A DNA stretch of 64,000 nucleotides from a virus (lineage: Duplodnaviria; Caudoviricetes): positions 32,001 through 96,000 of IMG/VR virus record IMGVR_UViG_3300021387_000796, one strand, 5' to 3'. Below the pieces are notes generated by a model. That model was not told the origin of the DNA and made no database searches. It worked only from the letters and a program-made list of their open reading frames with translations. Shown here one piece after another: positions 26,406 to 38,938 of the stretch (the first letter of the stretch is position 1; the number at the start of each line of letters is the position of its first letter). A program made the position numbers and the translations under genes.

Positions 26406-29343
26406 TTGACAAGCGCACTTGCTTATGTTATTATTCATGTGTACGGAGATAATATATATATGAATAAATTTATTATTAAAACAAGATTTTATAATTTTCT
26501 TTTTGCTAAAAGAATAATTAAATCTCCAAATTGGATTTTTGGAGGTGACTAATTTGTATAAGAATGATGTGTATTATTTAGGAATAAAAGATAAAAACGG
26601 AAAAGAACTATCTTCACAATCTTTAATAAATTTTGAGGAGCATATAGGTTCTATATTTTATTCCACAGACGATTGTCGTTTTAAAATAAAATGGGAAGAT
26701 GGATTCATACGAGATATCGATAAATCTTTTATAAAACAAGTAGAGGTTGTTTAATTATGGAACAGAAATATGATGTTAATTATTCACTCACAATAGAAGA
26801 AACTGATAAAATGTATGAGTGGCAGAAGAAGCATAATAAGAAGTTTCATAAGAAAGGATTTGGATATCAAGGAGTTAGTCCCGTTTCAAATTTTGAAGTA
26901 AGATTCGGTTCATGTTCTATTGGAACTTGGGCAGAATGTGTTTGTTTGAACTGTTTGAATAAAACAAATGTTAGTAATAAAAGCGTTGAAAAACTAAGAA
27001 AGTTAGCAACCTTTGAAATTCGAGAACTTAGATAAGGAGATATTTGCATGGTAAAGAATTATGTAAAAAGACCAATCCCAATTGAAGCAATTCAGTGGAA
27101 TGGTAAAAACTTTGATGAAATTAAAGCATTTTGTAAAGATGCTATGATTGCTTATGGCGGAGAATTGATTATTCCTACTTTGGAAGATGGAAAATTTATC
27201 AAGGCTAAACATGTCGCTACGGAAGGTGATTATGTAATTAAAGGTGTTCGTGGAGAATTTTATTTTTGTAAAGAAGATATTTTCAACGAAACTTATGAGG
27301 AGGTAGAATTTTGCAATTAGGTGGAATTAAATGTTTGAAATGTGGAGATATAATTTATTCTCGTTCAAGACATGATTTTCGTTGGTGTAGTTGTGAATCT
27401 TGTGCGGTTGATGGTGGATTTGATTATCTTAAAATCGTGGGAAATAAAGAGAATTGGGAATTTAAGAGAATTAATGTACTTGAAAACAAGACAGATGACG
27501 AAGTAAAGAAAATATTATTTGAAGATTGGAATAAAGGAAAAAATAAATACGGTGTATTAAAAGAAGGAAATAAATAAGATATAATTTGAATATGGAGGAA
27601 TAATATGGATGTAAATGTGTTTATTGAAGAAAACAAGAATAATATTAATGTTAAGGAAATTGCAGAAAAGTTTAATCTGTCTGTTCCCACAGTTTATCGG
27701 CATTTAAGAATGGTTGGTGTAAAGCCAAAGAAGAATCATTCTGATAAAAGACTTAATGATATTAATAAGTTGAGAAGTGAAGGAAAGACTTATCAAGAGA
27801 TTGGTAATATTTATGGAATTTCACGTCAGCGAGTGGAGCAGATTATTAATCAGCATAACTAATTTTAATTTTGTATTTTCAGACCATACAGATAAGAAAA
27901 CGATGGTCTAGGAGGATATATGAACAAATTTATTTATGATGGGTTTGCTTGTACAGAAGCAAATGAAGATGAGATTGTCTTCTCAAATGGTAGAGGAGAA
28001 GTTCGATTGGAATTAATGGAATTGGATTGTGTTCCTATGAAGAAGTACAAATTCACATTTGAAGAATGTGAAAACGGTGAATGGAAAGTTACTGCTTTTG
28101 AAAAAGACAAGTTTGACAAATTTTCGGTTTTCATGGTGAAAAGTCCAAAAGGTAAAGTTTGTGTTACAATGCATTTGGATTCTTATAAAAAAGAAGACAT
28201 GGAATATTTCAAACGTGGAACAAGATTCAATCTGAAAATTGAATAATTTCACTTGACAAAATTAAAAGAGTGTTGTAAAGTGTGAGTATGAATGAAATTA
28301 ATTTATCTACATTTTATCGACACTCTTCTTTTATGAAAGAAGTTCATGATGGTGAAAAGAAAATTATTGAATCTGAAAAAGAATTGGCTAGATTTCCAAA
28401 AGAAGAATCTTCTATTCAGATTGGTGATTTAATTTTCTCTAGTGGAAAAGGAACAAAGATTGAGAATATTCAAGGTAAAGTCTTGGATAAGTGGTACAAT
28501 GGAAAGTTTCTTGCTTTTAAGATTGATTGGGATTTTGCTACAAAAAAGAAAAATCATGAAATTACAATCGAAAGATTAAAAGATATAAAGGGGATGTAAA
28601 CAATGGCTGAGAATTGTAAAGTTTATAATCTCGAATCATTTACTGATGAAGAACGAGAGCGTGTTGAAGCGTTGATTAATCAGATTGAAGAAGAAAAGAA
28701 AAATAAAAAGAAATGGTGGATTATGCCCAATTTTGATATATTTGAGGAATATAATCCGTCTGTTGGATTAAATTATTTCATTGAAGAACAGAAAGATTCT
28801 TATTCAAGAAGTAGACCACCGTTGAAATCTGATTTTAATTCTAAGGAAGAAGCAGAAGAATGGTTGAAGAATTATTTGGAAGAAGAAAGTCTTTTTAAGT
28901 CGGCGAAGGATGAGATTGATAATCTTAATTGTAATCTCAGTTTGATTTATGATAAACTTCAAAAACATGAATTTGTTACGAGAGATGATTGGTGTAATTG
29001 TTTCAGATTATTTGATAACTCTCTAGGGAACGGTGCTTTATCTAAAGTGACGAAGGATAAATAATTTATGAATATGAATGTTGATAATTGGGAATTAAAA
29101 GATTCTTGTGATGATACACAATTTTATTATGAATCGAAATTAAATAACGATGAGGTTGCTTGTATAGTGATTCCACATAAAGGAAATCACTATCGATGGT
29201 TGTTGCGAATAGGGTTCAAATCTACATTTAATAAATGGGGTGATGTGGAATATGAAAACACTTTTGATACTTTTCAGTTACTTGCCGAATTTATGAGTGA
29301 TGAAAAACATTTAAAAGAAATTGAATTGATAAAAGGAGAATGA
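26406..29343 (+). other. Early-type operon of small hypothetical genes (incl. YopX-like 26539, KRPIPIEAIQW/PGDYG-like 27048, CxxC/DGG phage protein 27311, HTH protein 27605)
   Basis: Dense short ORFs with SD sites behind TTGACA-N17-TATTAT (26406) and TTGACA-N17-TAAAGT (28253). Confidence 0.65.
27605..27862 (+). CDS. Double HTH DNA-binding protein
   Basis: VKEIAEKFNLSVPTVYRHL and TYQEIGNIYGISRQRVEQII. Confidence 0.75.
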   Translation: MDVNVFIEENKNNINVKEIAEKFNLSVPTVYRHLRMVGVKPKKNHSDKRLNDINKLRSEGKTYQEIGNIYGISRQRVEQIINQHN

Positions 29344-29344
29344 T

Positions 29345-29803
29345 ATGAATTATGACAGTTTAAAAGATACACGAAAACATATAGCAAAAGTAAACGATTA
29401 TATTGGAAAATGTATAATCGAATTGGACGAGCGTGGCATAAATCACGATTCTGATAAAATCAATGATGAAGTTGAGAAAACTCTTTTTGATGAATATACT
29501 CCGAAATTGGCAAAATGTACATATGGAAGTGAAGAATACAAGTCATATCTGAATGGTTTGAAACCTGCGTTGGATAGACATTATTTAAATAACAGACACC
29601 ATCCAGAACATTTTGATAATGGAATTCAAGGAATGAACTTGATTGATGTATTGGAAATGATTTGTGATTGGAAAGCAAGTTCTGAACGTCACGAAAATGG
29701 TGATATTTATAAATCAATTGAAATTAATCAAAAACGATTTGGATATTCTGATGATTTAAAATCTATTCTTAAAAATACAGTTGATTTTTTAATGGAGGAT
29801 TAA
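29345..29803 (+). CDS. DUF5662-family (HD-like) protein
   Basis: HDSDK...HYLNNRHHPEHF...EMICDWKAS. Confidence 0.75.
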   Translation: MNYDSLKDTRKHIAKVNDYIGKCIIELDERGINHDSDKINDEVEKTLFDEYTPKLAKCTYGSEEYKSYLNGLKPALDRHYLNNRHHPEHFDNGIQGMNLIDVLEMICDWKASSERHENGDIYKSIEINQKRFGYSDDLKSILKNTVDFLMED

Positions 29804-29805
29804 AT

Positions 29806-30828
29806 ATGAGTGAAAATGTGAATCATGATTTAATTGTTGTAGGTGATATGCATCTTCAAAATAAAGAGCCGAAGAAAAGTCAGTGCTTGGATGTGTTAGA
29901 TTGGATATTTAATTCCGATTTTAATAATCCTAATAATACACTTTTGATGTTGGGGGATTTGTGTGAAATTAATTCACCATATGAGTTGTATGAGATATTC
30001 ATTGATTGTTTTGAAAACAGAAGTCGTTTTGCGAAAATTCTCATAATTGAAGGAAATCATGAATGTGCTAATCAGTCTACTGTTCTTTCATTGTTTAGAC
30101 CTTTGAAAAATGTAGAAGTAATTACAGAATGGAAAGCGTGGAAATATTATAATTGTACTCTCCTTTTCTTGCCGTTCTATAATCATGAAGGTACTGATAA
30201 AAAACCGATGGTAGAAGAATATAGCAATCTTGGTGGTAAAATTGCAACTTTTAATGGAGAAGGATTTTCTGATGAATTTGATTATGGCTTTGGACATATC
30301 GAAGATGATACAGAACATTTTTCTAAAAAGTTTTGTGATACATCAAAGTTAAAAGTAAAAACTTGGATGAACGGACATATTCATACTGCAAATATTCAGA
30401 ATGGTGGACATTACCTTGGTGCTTGTACACTTAACTCATCAACTGAAAGTGGTAGAACACCATATATTGCAAAAATTAATGGTGAAACAAAAGAATATGA
30501 ATTGATTGAAGTTCCAAAGTATCTCGAATATTACATAGTGGAATATCCGAACAAACTTGAAAAACCTAAAACAAAATATGCAATATTCACAGTAAAAAAC
30601 GCTCTTGATAAAAATGTGGCTCTTGAGGAATATTCCAAGCAAGCAAAAGAAATGGGATTTGAATTCTACACCAACAAGGTTCTCAAGCAGAGAGTTACAG
30701 AAGTTGAAATGAATGATGTAGAAAAATCGGAAAAACCGACTTTTGAAAAATTTTCAAAATCAGTAGGATTGTCAAATGAAGTGTTTGATATTTGCAATGA
30801 AGTTATTCGACTGAAAAGTGAGGAATAA
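29806..30828 (+). CDS. SbcD/Mre11-like nuclease (T4 gp47-like)
   Basis: GDMH, LGD, GNHE, GH, GHIH metallophosphoesterase motifs. Confidence 0.85.
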   Translation: MSENVNHDLIVVGDMHLQNKEPKKSQCLDVLDWIFNSDFNNPNNTLLMLGDLCEINSPYELYEIFIDCFENRSRFAKILIIEGNHECANQSTVLSLFRPLKNVEVITEWKAWKYYNCTLLFLPFYNHEGTDKKPMVEEYSNLGGKIATFNGEGFSDEFDYGFGHIEDDTEHFSKKFCDTSKLKVKTWMNGHIHTANIQNGGHYLGACTLNSSTESGRTPYIAKINGETKEYELIEVPKYLEYYIVEYPNKLEKPKTKYAIFTVKNALDKNVALEEYSKQAKEMGFEFYTNKVLKQRVTEVEMNDVEKSEKPTFEKFSKSVGLSNEVFDICNEVIRLKSEE

Positions 30829-31167
30829 ATGATATTATATGTTGGTGTTCAATCTTATATAGACAAACGAGAATTTTCAGCATCTTGGCGTCCAGTCATT
30901 GTGTTCAAAGATGAAAAATCGGCAATCTCATGGATGTATGCTGACGAAAATAATAGAAATTATTATCCATGTAATTATAAGGAGTAATTTATGAGTGAAA
31001 AATTTGATTATCTTCAGTTTATGCTTTCTGCCGAAAAGAATAAAAGAGAAAGTGATAAAATGAATAAACTAATTAAAGATTTATCTGATGAACAATTGGA
31101 AACATTGATTCAAATGACGGAATCTAAATCAGAGTCGAATATTATCTACGGAAGATAGGAGTAATTT

Positions 31168-31536
31168 ATGTCTTTATCAGAAGAACAAATAGAACAGATT
31201 TGCAAAATTGCAAACATTGATGATATTGGAGAATTATCGGACGGATTTCACACATTTAATTCTCTTTATTACCAACGAGCAATTTTATTTGCAACAATTG
31301 TAAACACATATAAAGAACTTGCTTGGAAATCAAAGAAACATGAAGACGGACAATTTTGTTTTGGTGGTGGTTGGTTTATAGTTGGAATCGATACACCAAA
31401 TGGTTCTTATACTTATCACTATGAAATGGAATATTGGGATTTGTTTGATTGCAAAGAACTTCCTAGAGCAAAACATTGGGATGGTCATACTGATGAAGAT
31501 GTTACAAGATTATTGAGTTTATGTTTTGAGGAATAA
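31168..31536 (+). CDS. WDGH-domain phage protein
   Basis: SDGFHTFNSLYYQR...WKSKKH...GWFIVGI...WDGHT. Confidence 0.7.
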   Translation: MSLSEEQIEQICKIANIDDIGELSDGFHTFNSLYYQRAILFATIVNTYKELAWKSKKHEDGQFCFGGGWFIVGIDTPNGSYTYHYEMEYWDLFDCKELPRAKHWDGHTDEDVTRLLSLCFEE

Positions 31537-31539
31537 TAT

Positions 31540-33357
31540 ATGAACAGAAAAGCCAAACGAAATAAATACAGAAATATACTTGCTTATAAAAATGTAGAAA
31601 TCAACACTCTTAAAAATGAAGTTCGTGGTTATACAAATGCATATTATGAAACATTATCTGATTTTCGAAAATGTTCTAGGAAACTAGAAGAACAAGAAGA
31701 AAAGACAGAAGAATATAAAAAGAAGTATTTCGACCAACTCAAAAAGGAATTTCTTGAAGGTAATAAAGAGTTAGTTACTTTATCTTTGGCAGTTCCAAAA
31801 GACCTTACATTATTAAATTCTCCTATTCCAACAGAAGAATTAGAAAAAGAACGAAAGAACGTTATTTGCTATGAACTTGCTAAAAGTTTGTATGATAATT
31901 TTGATGCTCTAAGACGAACGGAATATAAAACTAGCACAAGATTTGATTTGGTGTTGGTGAAATGGAATCAAAGTAACAGAAATATTGATGATTGGGATGA
32001 GTTCTGTAGATATGCAGATATTAATCCATATGCCATTGATAATCGTGGTTTTACTGCCGATGAACTTATGAAAGGGAGAACTAGAAGTAATAATTATATG
32101 TAATTTTGGGAGAGATTCTTAATGAAAGAAGAAAGAATTTTAAAATTAGATGTTGAAGATATTATTAAAATATTGGCTGAACATTTTGATGTTGATGAAA
32201 GTGATATAATATTAAAATTATATCATGATACGAATGATTTCGGTGACATTGATGAAGGAATTTTGTGTGAAATAAGGGTGTGATTATGGAACAAAAATCT
32301 TTTAAACTTGCAGAATCATTAAGAAAAGTAGCAGATTTATTAATGAAAGAAGATTATTTTAATAATCTAGAAGAAACAATTAAAACAAAGAATATCCTTA
32401 TTAAAGAACTTTTGAAAGTAATTGTTATGGCTTATAATAGAAATCGAGAATTTTGTGAAGTTTATTCTTTAGGAAGTGTAGAAGATGTAAAAGCATATAT
32501 CGATAGTGCTATATTACACTATGGCGAATGTTTGAAGATAAAAGGATATGAAGATATTAATGGTGTAGTTGAAACATTGTATAAAGATTTTGTAGGAGAT
32601 TAATTTATGGAATACGACTATTGTCCTTGCAGTTATCCGATAGTTGAATTTAAATGCAAAAATGTAACAGATTTAACAAAATTGTATTCCTTGAATGAAT
32701 ATCAAAAATCTTTTCATACACGTATTACATTTAATGTTGAATTGATTGATACTTTTAATATTAAAATTAATTATTGTATTCCGTCTGATGTTGCTTGGAT
32801 TATGAATTTTGATTTGAATAGTTTTAATGAAGAAATAAATGAAGCGTTATTGGGAAAACTAGCAGATTGTATAACTACACATTTAATTGTAATGCAGATT
32901 ATAATGGAAAAATTTAATTCCCATTTGATTGGTATTTGCTTGAATAAAGATGTGGAAGATATTATGATAAAACGAATAGAAAAGAAGAACGAGGTTGAGA
33001 TATATGAAAGAAGAAAGTAGAAAAATACTTGATGAATTGATAAGAGAACATTCTTGTAGATACGCAAGACTTGAAGGTTTAAGTAATGAAGAATATGAAT
33101 CAATAGACAAAAGTAATAATCACGAAGATAAAATTGAGAATTTTTTAAAATCGATTCCACAAATAGAATCTCGTTTATGTTTGGGTGGATATATTCAAGA
33201 TGAAAACGGAACACCTTGTTGTCATGGTGATAAAATTATTTATGATGAGAATTACGAAGGTATTTTAGAGTGGGATAAAAAGAACGCAAGATTTATAATC
33301 GCTAGTATTTATGGTGATTATGATTTTACAAAAATTAAATCTTTCGTAAAAATATAA
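31540..33357 (+). other. Cluster of small hypothetical genes
   Basis: ORFs 31540, 32280, 32607 and 32995 with SD sites. Confidence 0.55.
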
Positions 33358-33413
33358 TAAATAAACTTGACGAATTGAGATAAAAATTATATTATATTTT
33401 CTAGGAGAATAAT

Positions 33414-35648
33414 ATGCTTAAACTTATAAAACTTTCATTAAAAGGATTCGGTTGTTTTAAAGATGAAAAGATTTTCGAGTACGAGGATGGAATCAATGTA
33501 ATCCGTGCAGAGAACGGAAGTGGTAAAACTACGCAGATAAACGCAATTTCAATTCTTTTATTGTCTGAATATGAAGGTGGATTCGCAGACTATATGAATA
33601 GAGAATGCAATGAGTTTACAATCTCTTTGGAATTTATGCTTAACGGCAAACATCTTTTGGAAACATTAACTTGTAAAAAAGGAAAGAGTTATACTACAAC
33701 TAGAAACCTTAAAGATATTGATGGAAATGATGTTGCTAATGGCGAAGGTGTAAAAGAATGGCTTAATGAAAATGGAAATTTACCTGTTGCTACTTCTAAA
33801 TATGCCCTTTTTGTAAGACAGAATTCCGATATGGATATTATTCATTGCTCAGATAGTGAAAGACGAGATTTGTTCAAAAAAATTCAAGACCTCGACTATA
33901 CAAAAGAAATCAAGACTCTCATTGAACCAAAGATTGAACAGACTAAAGAGAAAATTATTGAAAATGACAAAGAAATTTTCGCATTAGAAAATAAAGTTTA
34001 TACTACAAAAGATTTTGTCGAACTTCCATTTACTGAAGATGAATACAAATTGAAGAAATCACAGATGGATAAACTTATTGCTGAAAAATCTTTGATTGAA
34101 GAAAAGAATAATCAGTTGAGTGATTTGAGAGAAAGAAAAAATAAACTTGAGTCAGAAATCAACTCCATTAAAGTTTCATCAGATTCAAAGAAGTCAAAAA
34201 TCGATGAATTGAAGTCGTTTGATTTTGATACTGAAAAAGAAAAGATTGAAAAAGAATTTGCCAATAAGAAACTTGAATCTGAAAATAAAATCAAGTCATT
34301 GGAAGAACAGAGAGAAAATCTTGATAAAGATATAAATGAAAAATCTCTTAATCTTGAATGTGAAATTAAAAAGATTGAAGATGAAGGGAATGAACTTGTA
34401 AAAGAAATTGATTCTATTCGTTTGATGAAGTTGATTAAGTTTGATGAATCTTCTCTTGTAAATGCTAGAAATACTTTATCTGAACTTAAAACAAAACATT
34501 CAATTTCAATGTCTAATGCAGAAAAATTAAAAAATGGTGTATGTCCCGTATGTGGTGGCTCATGTACAGATAAACACGCTCAATTTGAATCCGAAGCAAA
34601 AGAATTGGATAAACAGATTGCTGAATCTGAAAACACAATCAGCGACCTTTTGCAGAAGAAAGCGGACATTGAAGAGAAATCAAAAAAGAATGAAGAACTG
34701 AAAGAAAGAAAAAACAATCTTTCAAATGAACTTGTGAAGAAACAGTCTTTGATTGAAAACAAGCGGATGGAACAGAAATCTTTGAATTCTTCTCTCATGG
34801 AAAAGAAGCAAAATTATTCTAATCAGATTGAGAGTGAAAAGAGAATTCTTGAATCTATCGATTCTGAAAAAACTTCAAGATTAAATTCTATAAAAGAAAA
34901 AGCAGATTTATATGAATCACAGACCACCATTTTGGAAAAAGAAATTGAAGATTTGAAAATTCAGCATGATTCAAAGTTTAAGGAATTTGAGGAACTTTCC
35001 AAGAAAATTGAATCTTTCTCCGTAGGAACTTTTGATGAAAACAAAATTGTTGAAATTGAAACTGAACTTAAAAAATATGATTCTGTTGTTGCTGAAAATA
35101 AAGTTGTAAAGGAATATAACGAGCAACTTGAAGAAACAAAGAAAGCAGATAAGAAAGAACTTGAAAAGTTTAAGGAAAGGAAACAAAAGTTTGAGAAAGA
35201 AAAGTTTGATTTGGAAAACAGTAAGAAGATTCTCACAACTGATTATCCGTCTTGGGCAATATTGCAGAATTTGAAGAATATTGAAAATGATATAAATGAA
35301 TTTATCGACCAAGTTTATTATAAACCATTGAATATTAAGTTTGATATGACTCGTAGCGGAATTTCAATGAGATTTGGGGATGATATTAAAGTTGAACGCT
35401 TGAGTGGTGCGGAAAAGGCTATCACAAACATCGGATTCTGTGAGAGTTTTAATAAGAATTTGAATTTGAATATGATTTTGCTTGATGAGCCTGACGCTCC
35501 GTTGAGTGCGACTAGAAAAGAAATGTTTTACTCATCTTTGTTGGAAATGAAAGATGTATTTGAACAGATGATTGTCGTAACTCATTCGAAAGATATGGTT
35601 GCCTATATTCAAGCGAATGATACAGACTGTAATATAATTACTTTATAG
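33414..35648 (+). CDS. SbcC/Rad50-like ATPase (T4 gp46-like)
   Basis: ENGSGKTT Walker A, coiled coils with CPVC zinc hook, LSGAE signature, LLDEP, VVTH. Confidence 0.92.
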   Translation: MLKLIKLSLKGFGCFKDEKIFEYEDGINVIRAENGSGKTTQINAISILLLSEYEGGFADYMNRECNEFTISLEFMLNGKHLLETLTCKKGKSYTTTRNLKDIDGNDVANGEGVKEWLNENGNLPVATSKYALFVRQNSDMDIIHCSDSERRDLFKKIQDLDYTKEIKTLIEPKIEQTKEKIIENDKEIFALENKVYTTKDFVELPFTEDEYKLKKSQMDKLIAEKSLIEEKNNQLSDLRERKNKLESEINSIKVSSDSKKSKIDELKSFDFDTEKEKIEKEFANKKLESENKIKSLEEQRENLDKDINEKSLNLECEIKKIEDEGNELVKEIDSIRLMKLIKFDESSLVNARNTLSELKTKHSISMSNAEKLKNGVCPVCGGSCTDKHAQFESEAKELDKQIAESENTISDLLQKKADIEEKSKKNEELKERKNNLSNELVKKQSLIENKRMEQKSLNSSLMEKKQNYSNQIESEKRILESIDSEKTSRLNSIKEKADLYESQTTILEKEIEDLKIQHDSKFKEFEELSKKIESFSVGTFDENKIVEIETELKKYDSVVAENKVVKEYNEQLEETKKADKKELEKFKERKQKFEKEKFDLENSKKILTTDYPSWAILQNLKNIENDINEFIDQVYYKPLNIKFDMTRSGISMRFGDDIKVERLSGAEKAITNIGFCESFNKNLNLNMILLDEPDAPLSATRKEMFYSSLLEMKDVFEQMIVVTHSKDMVAYIQANDTDCNIITL

Positions 35649-35657
35649 GAGAAACGA

Positions 35658-36569
35658 ATGAGAGATAAAATTTCAGTTAAAAATTATTTGGAATATTTGG
35701 ATACAAGATATCCTATTTTTTCAGATATGAGAATGGAAGATGAATTTAGATTTTTCACATGTTTAATCAGAAAGATTATAGATTCGACTTCTGAAATATC
35801 CAAAGATGATAAAATTTTCGTTTATAAATATTTTGATGTTATCAGTAATGAATTTTGGAATAACTTGCAAGAAGAAAAATGTCCACCAAAACCAAAATAT
35901 TCTGCCGAACACGCTTTTGATGTAATCAGAACTTTGAATTGTTCTTTGGAAGATAAATTGAAAATTGCTGAGTTGTTTGAATATTCAGAATAATTAAAGT
36001 AAATGTACACACAATTGTATTTTGTGTGTATAATCACTTAGGAAGAATATTGAGGATATTAAATGAAAGTAACTGCATGGACGAATGAAGAATATGCTAG
36101 GAAACATTACATAGACCCTTTTGACGAACGTTTAAATTTAATGAATCCTAATAAGAAAATGATAATGCCAAACGAATTAAAAACTTTGGCAAAAGAAAAT
36201 AATTTATCATGTGATGAAATGTTTGAAAAATGGAAAACTGAAACTGAATATGATAAAATTCCTATGTGGTTAGATGAAGATAAAGTAAAAGAATATAATA
36301 GTCTTTTATCAGAAATGGAAACTTGCATAATAGAACATTGTAAAGAAAAAGGAATCAGATTTTCTGCCGATTATCATCAATATGGTGATTATGGTGTACC
36401 AATTATCGATTATAAATATATGTATTATACTTTTGCTAGAACGTGGGGTTGGATTATGGCAATGGCTGACAATGATAAATCAGATAATGGATATTTGAAA
36501 TACTATCTTCATGGAAACGAACATCCTATCAAATATCCAAACGAAGTAAATGGAGAAATTTGTATATGA
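35658..36569 (+). other. Two hypothetical genes (35658..35993, 36063..36569)
   Basis: ORFs with SD sites. Confidence 0.55.
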
Positions 36570-36864
36570 GTGATTTCTATATATTTCTTGAAGAAGATAA
36601 AGGTCTAAATAAAAATCAAATAGAAAGTTTATCAGATGAAGAATTAAATAAATATTATAAAGAATATGAAAAAAATATAGAATCTGAAAGAAAAGACTTG
36701 ATAGATGAAGAATAAATTGCAATAATGTAATTATGAAATTTGCTTTAATTTTAGTTTGTATTTATGAATATCTCATGTATTGCTATAATCCAATCAATCG
36801 ATTATTTTTTGAACCGTTATCTATAAAATTCGAAAATGTAAATGAAAAAAAGACAAGGAAAAAA

Positions 36865-37227
36865 ATGGTTGTCGCCGTTGATTTTGATGGCACTATTGCT
36901 AAAACGAATTTTCCGAAAATTATAAAACCGATTCCTCATGCGTTCGATGTTCTTCGAGTTCTTATGAATGACCCATACACAACTTTAATTCTATGGACAT
37001 GTAGAGAAGGTGAAACTCTTAAACAAGCGTTAGATTTTTGTGAATTGTATGGGATAAAATTTGATTATGTGAATGAAAACGATAAAGCACAAACAGAATA
37101 CTACGGTAATGATTCGAGAAAAATCGGAGCGGACTTGTATATAGATGATAAATTTGCTCAAAGTAATATAGAAAAATTATGGAAAGATTGGTGGGATTGG
37201 ATGAAGAAAAACGAATTCCTCAAATGA
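36865..37227 (+). CDS. HAD-superfamily phosphatase-like protein
   Basis: VAVDFDGTI, ILWTCREG, RKIGADLYIDD. Start chosen at ATG 36865 after AAGGA (track start 36733). Confidence 0.85.
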   Translation: MVVAVDFDGTIAKTNFPKIIKPIPHAFDVLRVLMNDPYTTLILWTCREGETLKQALDFCELYGIKFDYVNENDKAQTEYYGNDSRKIGADLYIDDKFAQSNIEKLWKDWWDWMKKNEFLK

Positions 37228-37454
37228 CAATTTTCCTTGACATTAAGAAAGAATAATGATATTATATTTCCATACGGAGGTATAATATGAAGAATTATGA
37301 AAATCGAAATGTAATCCATAAAAATTTCGGAAAAGGTAGAGTAATTTCATCTTATGAAAGTGATAATGGAAAAACTGTACTTGTAATCAAATTTGACGCT
37401 CTTGATTCAGAGCGTTCGATTTATGCTAATTTTCATGGTATGCGTGTATTCTAA

Positions 37455-37733
37455 ATGCTAAAATTGGAGTTGTGTATGAGTGTGACTAAAATTGTTTATA
37501 ATTTTTTGGACAATCTGCAAGATGGTTTTATCATAAGTGGATGGACGCTGACAAATGAAATCAATTCTCGAAGTGGTAGAAACACATATCCAAGTACATT
37601 GCTAGGGTATTGTAGAGAATATTGTGATATTGTTGGTGGCGATTGGGAATGTTTGGACAATCAAAAATCCATTTATAAATTTCATAAAGGTGCGGTTATT
37701 TTAGGTGATTGTGTCTTAGACGGAAAAGAATGA
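37455..37733 (+). CDS. Hypothetical protein
   Basis: ORF in small-gene operon behind the promoter at 37237. Confidence 0.5.
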   Translation: MLKLELCMSVTKIVYNFLDNLQDGFIISGWTLTNEINSRSGRNTYPSTLLGYCREYCDIVGGDWECLDNQKSIYKFHKGAVILGDCVLDGKE

Positions 37734-37948
37734 TAAAATACAATGATTGGTACTAAGGAGAAATAAAAAATGACAAAGTATGATGAATATATAAACAAAT
37801 CAAACGAATGTATCAAAAGATATAAAAAATACACAAACGATAATAAAGATGTTCACTTAGCAATGTTTTATAACAATGCGTCAATTGGCTTTAAAAGAAA
37901 AGCGGTAAATTCGTTGATTAATGCCGATAAAAATAACTAATGTTTTTA

Positions 37949-38407
37949 TCAAAGGGTTCTGAACATTTCTTGTAAGTCTTTAATTAATGTTTTAGGATTA
38001 CCGTTCCAATCTACATATTTTAAGATGATATTGTGTTTGGAACAGTAATCTTTTTTCATGTTATCTCGCTCTAGTCCTTCCTCAAAGTTTTGTTGAATTT
38101 CTTGTTCTGTCAAATGACCACCAAAATTGGTGGGTTTATAATGTTGTTCACCTTGGACTTCAAGAAGAAACCAAAAATCTTTGAAAAATATTTGGAAATC
38201 AAAGCGCAAAGGAAATTCTTTATTTTTATAATATAAATCAGAAAAAGATTTTTGTTCCTTGAATGCGAGGTTGTGTTTTCTCAAAAAATCTCTTGTAATC
38301 TGTTCACCTTTCGAACCTCGTTTTTTCTTAGACCTCCAAATAGCCAATTTGGATTCCATAGTATGAGAATGATTCTGCATTTTATTCACGTAATTTTGTA
38401 AACTCAT
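37949..38407 (-). CDS. Stand-alone Vsr/DUF559-like PD-(D/E)XK nuclease
   Basis: SKGEQITRDFL...LRFDFQI...LLEVQGEQHY...RDNMKKDYC; homologous to the C-terminal domain of 22161..23495. Confidence 0.75.
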   Translation of the reverse strand: MSLQNYVNKMQNHSHTMESKLAIWRSKKKRGSKGEQITRDFLRKHNLAFKEQKSFSDLYYKNKEFPLRFDFQIFFKDFWFLLEVQGEQHYKPTNFGGHLTEQEIQQNFEEGLERDNMKKDYCSKHNIILKYVDWNGNPKTLIKDLQEMFRTL

Positions 38408-38864
38408 ATAACAAAATAGTTGAATTATTTGATAATTTTACTTGACAAATTATTTTATATGTTGTATATTATGAGAGTAAGGAGATTGATGTTCATGATT
38501 AAAACATTAAAACTTTATAAAACAGATTGTGTTGTTTGTTCTCCACATGGTCGTAGAATTGTATACTATGAACCTACAACCGATACTACTTATATTAAAG
38601 TTCGAAATGATATTTGGTCACAATATGATTGTGGTAAATGTTGGAATTTTATAAAAGAAACCGACATTATTATAACACTTGGATATTGAGGAGGTAGAAT
38701 ATGGGTATTATGCATGTGTACACTTATTTGATTAAAACGAAAGATGATGAGTTTGTAGAGACTGTCAGACGAGAGTTCTGTTCAGACGCAGATGATTTCA
38801 TCGCAAAAAAATATCCTGATGCTGATATCGAGTGTATTGAGTATGAGGATGATGATTGGTAATC

Positions 38865-38899
38865 AAAAAAAACCGCTTAATTAATTTTGAGCGGTTTTT
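38865..38899 (+). terminator. Intrinsic terminator
   Basis: AAAAACCGCTTAA...TTGAGCGGTTTTT. Confidence 0.75.
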
Positions 38900-38938
38900 C
38901 TGTAACTATATATTTATCATATTATAGGAGAATAATTT

